Of a DNA stretch of 64,000 nt, positions 1 through 9,683 are shown in pieces (the stretch's first letter is position 1; every line of letters begins with the position of its first letter). The position numbers and the translations under genes are program-made. Below the pieces are notes generated by a model that was given only the letters and a program-made list of their open reading frames with translations, was not told where the DNA came from and did no database searches. Source of the DNA: an uncultured virus (IMG/VR IMGVR_UViG_3300037245_002282) (taxonomy: Duplodnaviria; Heunggongvirae; Uroviricota; Caudoviricetes); the IMG/VR virus record IMGVR_UViG_3300037245_002282, one strand, 5' to 3'.

Positions 1-68
1 GTCGGATTATTTTCCTGTGAGTAATAATGATTTTTCGACTGCCACTGTTGTACACCTTTATATTTCAT
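1..68 (-). CDS. 5' fragment of a CDS running off the left edge (MKYKGVQQWQSKNHYYSQENNP...)
   Basis: ATG at 68 overlaps the TGA of 68..439, with AGGAGG upstream; frame open to the window edge. Confidence 0.5.
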   Translation of the reverse strand, partial: MKYKGVQQWQSKNHYYSQENNP

Positions 69-439
69 CAGTCATACCTCCTAGTACACATTTTTATAGC
101 CGACCGTCTCGTAGTAGCCAGCCGGTCTTCCTCTAACATTATCATCCACAATTGATCCCATGGAGAGGATTCCACCCAGTTTTTACGCCATGAAGCCATA
201 GGCCCACCCAGTAATTTATCTTCAGAGGTAAGTTTACCTCCGGCTTCATCGTGTTCAGCCTGATTTTTAACCGCCAGTATCAAATTAACCATGGACGCTT
301 TACGTGTTTGTCGCTGGGGTGGTGAGTATTCCACATTATATTCATCATTTAACCGGGTAACACACATCCGGCAGATAGGAGAGTCGCCGGAAAACTGATT
401 GGCGTCTAATATGCCTTCGCATATGATACAGCGTCTCAT
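68..439 (-). CDS. hypothetical protein with N-terminal CxxC...CxxC zinc finger
   Basis: CIIC...CRMC; GGGGGTG RBS upstream; directly follows terL. Confidence 0.7.
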   Translation of the reverse strand: MRRCIICEGILDANQFSGDSPICRMCVTRLNDEYNVEYSPPQRQTRKASMVNLILAVKNQAEHDEAGGKLTSEDKLLGGPMASWRKNWVESSPWDQLWMIMLEEDRLATTRRSAIKMCTRRYD

Positions 440-451
440 CCGGCACCCCCC

Positions 452-2872
452 TTACTTAACCCACTGTCCGGCAATTCTTGACTGTTTAAATCTAAGTGTC
501 AGAAGTATCCGAGTAACATCACCCACATCCTCACCCGACGCTTGAGCCGCCAGCTCTATATCCACATATTTTTGTGACTTATACATAAAATCAATTGTAT
601 CTCGGATTCGTTCATCATCAACTTTCGGTCCCGGAGTCTCAGGTTTATTATTCCTTTGAATATTGACCAACGCGATCTCAGGTGTAAGATTTTTAAGATC
701 CGCAATCCGCTGCCGCTCTTCATCTGTTAACGCACCGCCAGTAACATTTCGCTTATCTCTGTGTGTGAGAAGTGCTTCCGCTTCCTGATCAAAAAACTCA
801 AATACATCATGGTCCGGCATAATCATCCCCGCTTGCCTGCAATAAGCTTCCGCAAGAAAAAAATGGTCCGGCCTTGAACCCTCTTTCCATACGAATCGAC
901 TCTTTTCGGGATGATCTTCATTCGGTTCCAATATCCGAGTAGATGCTAAAAGATGATCATAATAGATACCGCCTTCCAGAAACTCCGCACGCAACGGGTT
1001 AACCAGATAATGAAGTTCAACATCCTGTCGTACATAATCTAAAAGAGCTGTACGATTCATGCTTAATTCTTTTTTAGTATCATTTTTAGTCAAAGTAGTA
1101 GCACTTTCCTGAAACTTGCTAGACCACACATTCGGAAAATCCTCTTTAATCTCCATAACCTTATGGATTTCTGGCATTGAATCAATTACCGTACAATCCG
1201 GTTTCCACTCCCGCAGAATCTGACCAAGCTGAGTAAATCCGGGAAAAGTCCACAAACCTATCAACCGATTGGTCACACCTTCATTACTTCTAACACGTTC
1301 TCTCAGAACTACATGAAGATCAGAACCAACATCCACACCCATAAACCGCTTCCGGTCTCGGGCCACTCGGGTAGGTGGGTATGGATAATTTCGTATACAC
1401 TCATTCAGCATAACCCGAGTAATCTTAGCACCCTTAGAACTGAACGGAAGACCAAGATCGGAATTATAGAATATCTGTGTTTTCAGATCATTACCCACTG
1501 ATTTAATCCACTTAACATACAAACGCCGCAAGGTCCCTTTTGGTGATAATCTCGCAACCAGTTTACTGACACGAAAACCCTGCCATTTTCTCGTAAGATA
1601 TTCATGAATCCAAAGCCCCGAACCTAACCGGTCAATAGGACAACCACAATCATGAATCAACCGAAGCTCAGTTTCACAAAATGGATCGGAGTCCGCATCG
1701 GGATCACGAGGTATAAAAACATTTGCTGAAGTCTCTCTGACTACATGTTTAAAAAAGTCAGGTGTAAAATACGTGTTACATCTAGGGCAATGAAGCTGCC
1801 ATGTCCCTTTAGAACTCTCAGCATATCTCTCATCTATTCCAAAACCCTCTACTGTCGGGTTACTGATTTCACGTTCAAACTGATAAGGACTAGCAGTCAA
1901 TCTATCAGGAAGCATCAACAGATTACCTAAATTACACCTATCTTTCTCATCTATAAATGCACTATCTACCGGGATTTCAATAAACTCATCCTGTACATTT
2001 GATCCCACATATGCAAGAGTCCCCTTTCCAAAATGCATAAGTGATGTTCTATGGACTTTCGTATCTGCCAAAGCTACCATTCTTTTATAATGAGGTACCC
2101 GGCGATGTAATTTGTATATTCTATTATTTACAAATCGATTTCGCAACTCATACTTAGGCAGCACATACATTATAGACATACCGCGCTCCGCTGCTTCAAG
2201 ATGTGACTGAATGATGAATAACTCAGATAAACCACAATTATGCACTACATAATCATTAGCAACATAACTATTATCACCAACAACGTGTAAATTATATACA
2301 AGTCCATTATAGGCTTGTTTTCGATGCTTACGAATACAAGATGCAATATACAAATTATCTTTCACACTAACCACAGAATCGCCTCGACCAACAGCCTCAG
2401 ACGCAATCCAAGAAGGATTCTCAAATGCTTTAGAAAATTGAGAATAAACCAAAACCTCATGTTCAGGTGTAATAGTAAGCGGAGATAATAAGTCAGCTTG
2501 CAAAGTAACCATATCCCCGGAATGTTTCTGATTAAAAATATCAGCTACCGGTTGATATTTACCAGTATGCGTCAACACCAAATCACCTATATGAATATCT
2601 TCAATGGGAATATAACCATATCGAGTAGTTACCAAAGTTCCGGGAGGAAAGCACTGTACAGATTTCTCAACTACCATATATGGTGTTTTATCTATGATTC
2701 TATACAGCTCCCATAGATAGTTAGCACCTCCATTTTTAACAAACTCCATATACTCACCGCGGATATTACGATGATATGCCAATGCCCAGTAAATTGGACG
2801 TATATTAGCAAATACCTCATAACGTTTGATCTCTTCTAACGCCGTGGCTTCAAGCATATCGGAATGTGTCAA
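452..2872 (-). CDS. terL: terminase large subunit (lambda gpA-like), intein-containing
   Basis: Walker A KSVQ|CGLSE once the intein is removed; Walker B AFIDEKD; ISNPT coupling motif; CPRC Zn motif; nuclease motifs MGVDVG, VIDSMPE, PDHFFLAEAY. Confidence 0.92.
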   Translation of the reverse strand: MTHSDMLEATALEEIKRYEVFANIRPIYWALAYHRNIRGEYMEFVKNGGANYLWELYRIIDKTPYMVVEKSVQCFPPGTLVTTRYGYIPIEDIHIGDLVLTHTGKYQPVADIFNQKHSGDMVTLQADLLSPLTITPEHEVLVYSQFSKAFENPSWIASEAVGRGDSVVSVKDNLYIASCIRKHRKQAYNGLVYNLHVVGDNSYVANDYVVHNCGLSELFIIQSHLEAAERGMSIMYVLPKYELRNRFVNNRIYKLHRRVPHYKRMVALADTKVHRTSLMHFGKGTLAYVGSNVQDEFIEIPVDSAFIDEKDRCNLGNLLMLPDRLTASPYQFEREISNPTVEGFGIDERYAESSKGTWQLHCPRCNTYFTPDFFKHVVRETSANVFIPRDPDADSDPFCETELRLIHDCGCPIDRLGSGLWIHEYLTRKWQGFRVSKLVARLSPKGTLRRLYVKWIKSVGNDLKTQIFYNSDLGLPFSSKGAKITRVMLNECIRNYPYPPTRVARDRKRFMGVDVGSDLHVVLRERVRSNEGVTNRLIGLWTFPGFTQLGQILREWKPDCTVIDSMPEIHKVMEIKEDFPNVWSSKFQESATTLTKNDTKKELSMNRTALLDYVRQDVELHYLVNPLRAEFLEGGIYYDHLLASTRILEPNEDHPEKSRFVWKEGSRPDHFFLAEAYCRQAGMIMPDHDVFEFFDQEAEALLTHRDKRNVTGGALTDEERQRIADLKNLTPEIALVNIQRNNKPETPGPKVDDERIRDTIDFMYKSQKYVDIELAAQASGEDVGDVTRILLTLRFKQSRIAGQWVK
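2237..2653 (-). mobile_element. 139-aa mini-intein (no homing endonuclease) in terL
   Basis: Starts CFPPGTLV (block A), has TPEH (block B TxxH) and VYNLHV (block F), ends VVHN followed by Cys+1. Confidence 0.93.
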
Positions 2873-3558
2873 TCAACCACCTCCGCATCCATATCAGATT
2901 TCCGATCATCCATCATCCGCACCCGGTCTAAACGCTTCTGTAATTCATCTAATTGTCGTGGATTAGGTGTAACATCTCTAGGTTGAGCAAAAGCAGCCTG
3001 ACCCTCCGCAGATTCAGGTGTATTAACATATATTGATTGATTAAATACACCTTTTTCACGACTTCCAAGCTCTTCAGGAGTATTGAGGATCTTATAACTA
3101 AACTCAAGAATACGAGCAACAGCTCCCGCATTATCTCCGGTAATCTTAATATTCATAAACTCATTAAGTCGCGCCCAAACTTTATTTTCCAAAGCAGATC
3201 TACGAGCCATTGTATAGAACCTTTTTTCCAATCGAGCCAATGCCACATAGGATTTAACTCCGGGATGTCGAAGCCATCTTTCAACAGTACCCTTATTTAC
3301 ACCATAAGTTTTAGACCATGCCTGCTGTGTTTTAAACTCAGTAGCATATCTATAAGCAAAATCCCGCATTCTCTCAGGAATAAAAGGAAGATCCTCAGTA
3401 TTCGGCAGGTCATCTACAGATACAAATTGCGAAAATGTAGATTCTATAGGTACACGAGTTATCACAGCCGGTTTACTGTCATCAATTATAATCTCAGACA
3501 CGTTGCTAAGGTATACACCAACTCTCGTATGAAGAGCTTTAATTTCAGAACTCGCCAT
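2869..3558 (-). CDS. probable terminase small subunit (HTH)
   Basis: Immediately upstream of and overlapping terL; HTH-like QQAWSKTYGVNKGTVERWLRHP; helical C-terminal part. Confidence 0.6.
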   Translation of the reverse strand: MASSEIKALHTRVGVYLSNVSEIIIDDSKPAVITRVPIESTFSQFVSVDDLPNTEDLPFIPERMRDFAYRYATEFKTQQAWSKTYGVNKGTVERWLRHPGVKSYVALARLEKRFYTMARRSALENKVWARLNEFMNIKITGDNAGAVARILEFSYKILNTPEELGSREKGVFNQSIYVNTPESAEGQAAFAQPRDVTPNPRQLDELQKRLDRVRMMDDRKSDMDAEVVD

Positions 3559-3706
3559 AAGGCATGATCCGCATAACCATCAGAATAATTGCAGCCTGCT
3601 CCGCATCAAGGTATACAAACTGACGATGATTATCTATCTCTACCTCTATCATTGTTTTAGTCACCACATTACCATTTGAATCCACTAACATATTCGGAGT
3701 ATTCAT
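3545..3706 (-). CDS. small hypothetical protein (53 aa, MNTPNMLVDS...)
   Basis: ATG at 3706 with GGTGAAGGG upstream, just after the stop of 3720..4208; the longer 140-aa call overlaps that gene. Confidence 0.5.
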   Translation of the reverse strand: MNTPNMLVDSNGNVVTKTMIEVEIDNHRQFVYLDAEQAAIILMVMRIMPYGEF

Positions 3707-3719
3707 AGTCCCTTCACCT

Positions 3720-4208
3720 TTAATCGGCGGCACCCTTCCCGTCGTTATCATCAGATCCCCCGTCAAGGAGTAAGTCTTCGTCTCTTTTTTCGGTGTCGTC
3801 ACTGATTTTTTCTTGTGCGTCTTCTTCTCCGATGGCGATGATGAGTTCGTCAATGCTTTCGGCACGGATTTTTTCACCTTTATAGGCTTTACTCCGGTCA
3901 CCTTCTTTAGAGACGGAGTAGTCTTTGAGACTGACTTCTTGGATTGATTTTCCTTTGCCTTCATCATTCATCCTCCATATAATCCATCTCTTTAACTGAA
4001 AAGCATGAAGACTTACAACTTCACGGCACCCGCAATCGTTATTTATATTTCTTTTTTCAGCAGGAAGTCTACCTGTAATATCAATACGCCGACGTAACGG
4101 ACCGTCTACAAACTTAGCCATAACCATACATTGCGGAGGTGATCCGGGCAACAACAATAAGTGCGCACAACCGGAACAATATACTCTTGATCTTTTAAAT
4201 CCAAACAT
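3720..4208 (-). CDS. hypothetical protein, Cys-rich N-terminus and acidic tail
   Basis: YCSGCAH...QC...CGC; GAGAGG RBS; TAATG overlap with the upstream gene. Confidence 0.65.
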   Translation of the reverse strand: MFGFKRSRVYCSGCAHLLLLPGSPPQCMVMAKFVDGPLRRRIDITGRLPAEKRNINNDCGCREVVSLHAFQLKRWIIWRMNDEGKGKSIQEVSLKDYSVSKEGDRSKAYKGEKIRAESIDELIIAIGEEDAQEKISDDTEKRDEDLLLDGGSDDNDGKGAAD

Positions 4209-4720
4209 TATATACCTCTCTCTATTATAGCACGTGCTCTATTTGCATAGTCTAAACCAGCTTCACCACATAAAAACTCAGCGACAATACTGACATTATA
4301 ATGAAAAGCCCGTTTTTGTTCACGATCCAAAGTTTCAACATGACCCCCTTGCAAAGGAAGTCGTGCAAGCACCCCTTTTGTCCTAGAAAATAACGCACCA
4401 TAAACCGCATACCGGTAGGCAGTCTCACAAAGTGCAGTTGTTAATCGACTACTAAAGAATGCAGAAAACAGCTCAGGATAAACTACCAACTCAGCCGGAT
4501 TTAATAGTCCATATAACCAATTTTCTCTACTCGAAGATAGTTCCTTATTCGAAACCAGTAAATGAAGTAAGGATATCCTACCCAAACTTAACCCCGGAGG
4601 TTCACCTATCAAAATAGGATCCTCCGATTTTCGTAAAGCTTCCTCAGAATATTCGGCATAAGTATAAACCACCCGTACCTGATTTTTTGAACCTAAATCA
4701 ACCGGTTTCGGATAGACCAC
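4208..4720 (-). CDS. hypothetical protein; possibly a degenerate TGT/DpdA-like barrel fragment
   Basis: ORF 4208..4786, start uncertain (GTG at 4720 avoids overlap); GRISLL...WLYGLLNPAELVVY...HYNV loosely resembles the HLLG..P.E region of TGT-like proteins. Confidence 0.5.
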   Translation of the reverse strand: MVYPKPVDLGSKNQVRVVYTYAEYSEEALRKSEDPILIGEPPGLSLGRISLLHLLVSNKELSSSRENWLYGLLNPAELVVYPELFSAFFSSRLTTALCETAYRYAVYGALFSRTKGVLARLPLQGGHVETLDREQKRAFHYNVSIVAEFLCGEAGLDYANRARAIIERGI

Positions 4721-4730
4721 ACTCCCTATC

Positions 4731-5612
4731 TTATTTAGGCTTAGCCGTTTTCTTGATGGCAGTTTTTTTAGGTACAATACCCTCATTAACTAACCCCTTA
4801 TTAGTTTTATTAACTTTTCCTGTTCTAATAGAATTACCGGACTTGGAAGGCACTTTTTTCCTAGCTACAGGCTTCTCTTTTGGCTTAACTACCGTCTCAG
4901 GTTCTATGACAGTCACCTCGGGAACATCGGTGTTTACATTTATTTCAGGACCAAAACCTTCATCATCCTCAATTGCATCTACGTTAAACCCTTCATCTGT
5001 AATATCCACTTTGTCAGCACCTGTATCCTGCACTAGCTCCTTAAAATCTTCAGCACTTTTGCGAGCTAGATCATTCTCCAATATATCTTTAAGTGTGACA
5101 CCTATCTCTCCAAATGTCTCCTTCCTTAATTCAGGAAAAATAGGATCATTAAGAACATCAGTAACACTGACGTCTCTATAAAACACAAGATTCGCCAGAC
5201 TGCTCATATGATCAAACTCCATATTTCTAAAAACGAATATTGTAAACGAAATAAGCTCACCCGGTTTCACATTGACGCTCATAAGACCCATCACATCTTT
5301 AGCATCATCTGTCAGCTCAACAGTAGCTGAAACACCCTCCGGTAATTCCTCATCCAACCTTACATGAGTATACACACGATACGCGTTATTCTGACGCATC
5401 AGCCACAGCTCACCCATGATATCAAATCGTCTACCAGTCATAACCTGATTTCGATCCCCGTCAAAGTACATTCGTACACTTGATCCTCTATCGGGAGTTT
5501 TTAAAGTAGCCGCTCTCAGAACAATACTGTTTCCAGCATACTCTAATTTCCCGAATGCACCTGAGCCCATAGCTGTCAGGTTCTTTTCAAACTTATCTGC
5601 TTTCGCGATCAT
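4731..5612 (-). CDS. hypothetical protein; possible inactive dCTP deaminase/dUTPase-fold domain plus acidic and Lys-rich tail
   Basis: AGGAGG RBS; pattern AYRVYT...LPEGVSATV...ISFTIFVF...LANLVFY without the catalytic RSS and DxGY motifs. Confidence 0.55.
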   Translation of the reverse strand: MIAKADKFEKNLTAMGSGAFGKLEYAGNSIVLRAATLKTPDRGSSVRMYFDGDRNQVMTGRRFDIMGELWLMRQNNAYRVYTHVRLDEELPEGVSATVELTDDAKDVMGLMSVNVKPGELISFTIFVFRNMEFDHMSSLANLVFYRDVSVTDVLNDPIFPELRKETFGEIGVTLKDILENDLARKSAEDFKELVQDTGADKVDITDEGFNVDAIEDDEGFGPEINVNTDVPEVTVIEPETVVKPKEKPVARKKVPSKSGNSIRTGKVNKTNKGLVNEGIVPKKTAIKKTAKPK

Positions 5613-5621
5613 TGTAGCCTC

Positions 5622-8129
5622 CTATGCTGCAATCGTGGATAAACCCACTTTTTCAAATATCTCTTCCAACCTTGATTCATTATTTTCACCCCAGCGCCTA
5701 TTCACTTCAACATCAACCTTCATTTTAACAGGCATAGCTTTAACAGGTGTTTCAAACGCCTCATAAAACGCCTCTAATACAAGTTCTTTCTCTGAAGGAA
5801 TAGTATCGACAAGCCCGCAGTCATGAACAGTATGTACAATCTTACTCTCTAACTTCCCTTTTTTCAAAAGTCTGGCAAGTCGAATCAATCCTATGTACGT
5901 GTAATCAGCCGCACTGGATTGAATCGGTGCATTCATAGCCTGCCTCTCAGCCCGACCCTGATCAAACCAACTATCTGATAAACCCATTGGCAAACGACGC
6001 TTTCTATTAAATACAGAGATCACATAGCCATGTTTTTTAACAAACCGTTTCTGACTCTCCATCCATTTATGTATATGTGGTAATCTCTCAAAATACAGAT
6101 TCATAAACGCCTGAGCCTCTTCAATTGTACATCCTAAACTACGAGCTAGACCTATAGAAGTAATTCCATATACCAAACCAAAATTGATCGTCTTAGCTTT
6201 TCGTCTTTCCAACTTAGTAGGTTGATAACTATCAGGTAAATTATACATTCGTCTATAAGTCTGTGAATGGGGGTCAAGTCCATTTGCAAACGCTTCAAGG
6301 AATGTAGTTTCCCCAGATACTGCGGCAATAGCAGCCAATTCCGCACTCTTAAGGTCCGCTTCTATTAAATAATTACCGGGAGTAGCCGTATATATTGATC
6401 TGACCAACCTATCGGCAGGTACATTCTGAAGACTGGGGCTTGAACAACTAACGCGACCGGTCACCGTACCTGTCGAATTGTAATGGGCATGTATTCTACC
6501 ATCACTAGGCCATCTAAATTGAATTGCCTGACTTATATGCGTCCCCTGCATCGTCTTTACATAACTCAAATCAGATAGGTATTGCGCTATCTCAGAATTA
6601 GGCTGCGTCGCAATATATTCAATACTATCCTTGTCTGTGCTATACCCTGTTTTAATTTTTTTCAAAGGATCAAACTTTAGCTTCTTATAGAGTATATCCT
6701 GAAGCTTAGGTGAACTACCTATATTAAACTCACCCCCCGCTATCTCATAAATCTCTTTTTCCAACAACGCCATTGAGATTGTACAGTGGGTATCAACAGC
6801 TACAGCACGATCTTTATCAACGTAAATACCCACGTACTCCGCATCACTCATCACACGACGTACCGGCATACTCACCTTATTAAAAAGCGGCAATAGGTTC
6901 TCTTTTGCCATCTGAGCAGTGGTATGCTCATATATAATCCAAGTAGCTACAGAATCCATAGCACCGTAAACGGATAACATTTCATAGGGAATCTTAGCAT
7001 AATCGGCTTTGATATGATTATCATATTTATATTTTTCCAGTGGAATATCATACCCGCCAAAATCGGTATGTATCCACGTTAAATCTTTCAATCGTTTAGT
7101 AAAGTTCTCATCAATCATATGCGCTGAAATCATGGTATCAAAATACTTATCATAAATCAGGATACCATTAAACCGCATAACCCGAACCTCATAAGCACCA
7201 TTATGCATAAGTTTTATCAATTTCGTATTTTTTAACATGCTCCGCATCGCATAATTAACCTGTCGATTAGCCTTTACCATATTCCATGGAATATAATAGC
7301 CGTGCAACCCGTTATTAGCAAACGAACAACCTATAATATGTGGTTTAGCCGGATCCTCTTCATTTATCCCGGTCTCTATGTCAAAAGCAAACTTCCCACA
7401 AGCCACCATCTTAGAAATACAGGTTATGGCCTGCTTTGCAGTACTCACAACCGTAGTAGAAATATCTGACTGTTGATATCTAGAAGACTTGCTCAATTCC
7501 AACGCCAGCTTCAAATCCTTAACCACGAGATCCGTTTTATAATACGACCGTTTACTCTCACTCATTAAACACGTAGACGGATGAAATGTAGGTATGAACC
7601 AGCAATCAAACTCTCGAAGCCATATCTTTTTACCCTGCCATGTTAAAATACCACTAACTATAGGGTCACTTTTTCTGGCGGTACCCTCTTCATTGGCACC
7701 TTTATAAAAACGTTGAAGTAATGTAGCTAAAGGAGCATTACCCAAACCCACAATAACTTTAGGTTTTACTCTCTTAATCTCTTCCGTAAGAAACCTACGG
7801 CACTTTTTAAGTTCTAAAGACGTTGGAGTTCTACTTTTTGGAGTATGACACCGAACCACATGACTAAATCGAACGTTACTTTCAGGTATAGAAGCATGAA
7901 CCATCAACTCATCTCTCAGATACGTACCCGCCTGCCCTACAAGAGGAAGATTTAATTCATCTTCAGTCTCTCCGGGAGAACCATCTAGAATCATTAAATC
8001 CGCTGTAACCGGTCCATCTCCTTCCATACACACGTTAATGGTTTTATCGCATAATTTCGGGCACAGATCACAATCAGGCCAGTGTTCTACCCCAGATGGG
8101 ATATCTGTTCTTTTAAGCTGTTTAGCCAT
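5622..8129 (-). CDS. polA: family A DNA polymerase with N-terminal family-4 UDG-like domain and 3'-5' exonuclease
   Basis: UDG-like CDLCPKLC, SPGETEDE..PLVGQAG, FHPS; exonuclease FDIET, HNGAYE, YGAMD; polymerase TGRVSCSSPSLQN, DLKSAE, RRKAKTINFGLVYG, VHD; start at 8129 after GGAGAGG. Confidence 0.95.
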   Translation of the reverse strand: MAKQLKRTDIPSGVEHWPDCDLCPKLCDKTINVCMEGDGPVTADLMILDGSPGETEDELNLPLVGQAGTYLRDELMVHASIPESNVRFSHVVRCHTPKSRTPTSLELKKCRRFLTEEIKRVKPKVIVGLGNAPLATLLQRFYKGANEEGTARKSDPIVSGILTWQGKKIWLREFDCWFIPTFHPSTCLMSESKRSYYKTDLVVKDLKLALELSKSSRYQQSDISTTVVSTAKQAITCISKMVACGKFAFDIETGINEEDPAKPHIIGCSFANNGLHGYYIPWNMVKANRQVNYAMRSMLKNTKLIKLMHNGAYEVRVMRFNGILIYDKYFDTMISAHMIDENFTKRLKDLTWIHTDFGGYDIPLEKYKYDNHIKADYAKIPYEMLSVYGAMDSVATWIIYEHTTAQMAKENLLPLFNKVSMPVRRVMSDAEYVGIYVDKDRAVAVDTHCTISMALLEKEIYEIAGGEFNIGSSPKLQDILYKKLKFDPLKKIKTGYSTDKDSIEYIATQPNSEIAQYLSDLSYVKTMQGTHISQAIQFRWPSDGRIHAHYNSTGTVTGRVSCSSPSLQNVPADRLVRSIYTATPGNYLIEADLKSAELAAIAAVSGETTFLEAFANGLDPHSQTYRRMYNLPDSYQPTKLERRKAKTINFGLVYGITSIGLARSLGCTIEEAQAFMNLYFERLPHIHKWMESQKRFVKKHGYVISVFNRKRRLPMGLSDSWFDQGRAERQAMNAPIQSSAADYTYIGLIRLARLLKKGKLESKIVHTVHDCGLVDTIPSEKELVLEAFYEAFETPVKAMPVKMKVDVEVNRRWGENNESRLEEIFEKVGLSTIAA

Positions 8130-8377
8130 ACCTCTCCAAACCTTTTTGAACCTACCTGTGCCAGAACAGTCACCATAAGCAGGGACATATCCTGATTCGC
8201 TTTCCAATTTATATTTACTAACGGCTGACCACCGGGAGTAGTTCCGGCAAAAGTAGCCACCACCATATTCCCAGCACTCACTAAAATATTAGTAACCGCC
8301 TGTCTAACTTCCATATCTACTGAAAGATATACCGCAGTAATATCGTCCCCCGGAATAGGGGTCAGCTGATCACTCAT
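8087..8377 (-). CDS. hypothetical protein
   Basis: AGGAG RBS; fills the gap between exonuclease and polymerase. Confidence 0.55.
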   Translation of the reverse strand: MSDQLTPIPGDDITAVYLSVDMEVRQAVTNILVSAGNMVVATFAGTTPGGQPLVNINWKANQDMSLLMVTVLAQVGSKRFGEVWLNSLKEQISHLG

Positions 8378-8378
8378 T

Positions 8379-9272
8379 TTATACTCCTATCAATCTACCG
8401 TGTAAGTATCCCATTCCATATTTCAATAAAACGTCACCAAATGCGGCTTCAGAATATTCAGGGGCCATCACCCATTCAAGATCTTCGATAGGCGGGGGTA
8501 CAATTCTGACTAGTTCAAGATTCCTATCAAATACCCATTTATGTTTAGTAGTCTTATCAGCCCACTTAGGATAACCATGATCAATCATACCTTGAATCAA
8601 AATGTCTTCCGTGAGTGACTTATCAGCCGTCAATATAGCCGCTATTTTCTTAGGAAACATCGGCACCCCGGATATATTATCTGAAGGATCACCTGTCAGG
8701 ACCTTAAACATCCAAATTCTTGACATGGGTATAGGTTCACAATTGTATTTTTTCGTAAACTTAGCATTTAATTCAATCTCAGTCATGACTGTATTCTCAT
8801 ATAAAATATCTCCATAATCTACAAGAGACCACCAGTCCCAGTCAGTAGATACAAATAGCTTTTTACCTTCTGTCATTCTCATAACGGTCCACACAGTATC
8901 ATCCGCTTCAAAAGTTTCCGCTAATACCTGATTAACACCCATAGCCGGGAGACTTTCTTTTACAACAGCTAAACTATCACGAAATTCCAATTTAGATTCT
9001 AAGGGTTTCTGTGCGTTATTCTTATCCCTATTTGCTTTATATATAGGTTGCGCAGCCTTTCGCCAGTTATTCTCACCTTCCCAAACGAATATAATGTGAA
9101 GTTCAGGGTATTTCCGTCTCCACTCAATTATCAACCGGGCAACACCCATAAGCATCCCGGTTTTCTTCCCTTTGTATTCCAACATCGGCATACCGTAAAA
9201 ACTACGGGCCAGAAGATTCATAGCATCCACATACATTGTAATATACGGTCGAAAATCACTTAACGATTTCAT
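8379..9272 (-). CDS. 5'-3' exonuclease / flap endonuclease (PIN, T5 D15 / T4 RNase H-like)
   Basis: VDAMN, YKANR, FEADD, STDWDW, LTGDPSDNISGV; start at 9272 after GAGGAGG. Confidence 0.9.
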   Translation of the reverse strand: MKSLSDFRPYITMYVDAMNLLARSFYGMPMLEYKGKKTGMLMGVARLIIEWRRKYPELHIIFVWEGENNWRKAAQPIYKANRDKNNAQKPLESKLEFRDSLAVVKESLPAMGVNQVLAETFEADDTVWTVMRMTEGKKLFVSTDWDWWSLVDYGDILYENTVMTEIELNAKFTKKYNCEPIPMSRIWMFKVLTGDPSDNISGVPMFPKKIAAILTADKSLTEDILIQGMIDHGYPKWADKTTKHKWVFDRNLELVRIVPPPIEDLEWVMAPEYSEAAFGDVLLKYGMGYLHGRLIGV

Positions 9273-9438
9273 CTGAATCCTCCTCGGTCTGCTCAACATG
9301 ACTACAATTAGAACACATAACATAAACTTTATTGGAAATTACCTTATCATCATGCATAGGCCATCTTCGAGACGGAGGAAATCCCATCTCATTTATAGGG
9401 AGACCACATGCAAAACAAGTTACTTCTTTTATTCCCAC
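9256..9438 (-). CDS. small zinc-ribbon protein
   Basis: CFAC...CSNC; overlaps both neighbours. Confidence 0.55.
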   Translation of the reverse strand: MGIKEVTCFACGLPINEMGFPPSRRWPMHDDKVISNKVYVMCSNCSHVEQTEEDSDEIVK

Positions 9439-9683
9439 GGAAATGTTCTCCCCTCCGCCACAACTACTTCAATATTATCCAACGTATCAAGCTGTGGATC
9501 AGTTAATTCCCTACCACCCCTCAATCGAATTTCAATAGAATCAAGAAAACCATCTTCCCAGTCATTTAACTCACTATTGTTAGTCTGACAATTGTTTACC
9601 CGATCAAGCATATCGTCAATCTTATCCAATTTATCATATTCGCGTTCCAATCTATCGAATCTATTTAGGCTACTTTTACTCAT
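9429..9683 (-). CDS. hypothetical protein
   Basis: ATGA overlap with ruvC stop; LNDWEDGFLDSI...LTDPQLDTL helical motif. Confidence 0.6.
   Translation of the reverse strand: MSKSSLNRFDRLEREYDKLDKIDDMLDRVNNCQTNNSELNDWEDGFLDSIEIRLRGGRELTDPQLDTLDNIEVVVAEGRTFPWE

Noticed and set aside
1..68. YYSQENNP as the start of a C39-like peptidase or endolysin
   Set aside because: Only 22 codons are visible, too little to support a call
3545..3967. 140-aa Lys-rich ORF overlapping 3720..4208
   Set aside because: The N-terminal part is an alternate-frame shadow of the neighbour's acidic tail; an RBS supports a start at 3706
5613..5624. TAG of polA is in frame with the next gene (also sheath to tube at 37791-37802), suggesting readthrough fusions or TAG recoding
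   Set aside because: TAGGAGG is the stop overlapping the next gene's RBS at normal spacing; both proteins are complete and no other gene apart from dut has an internal TAG
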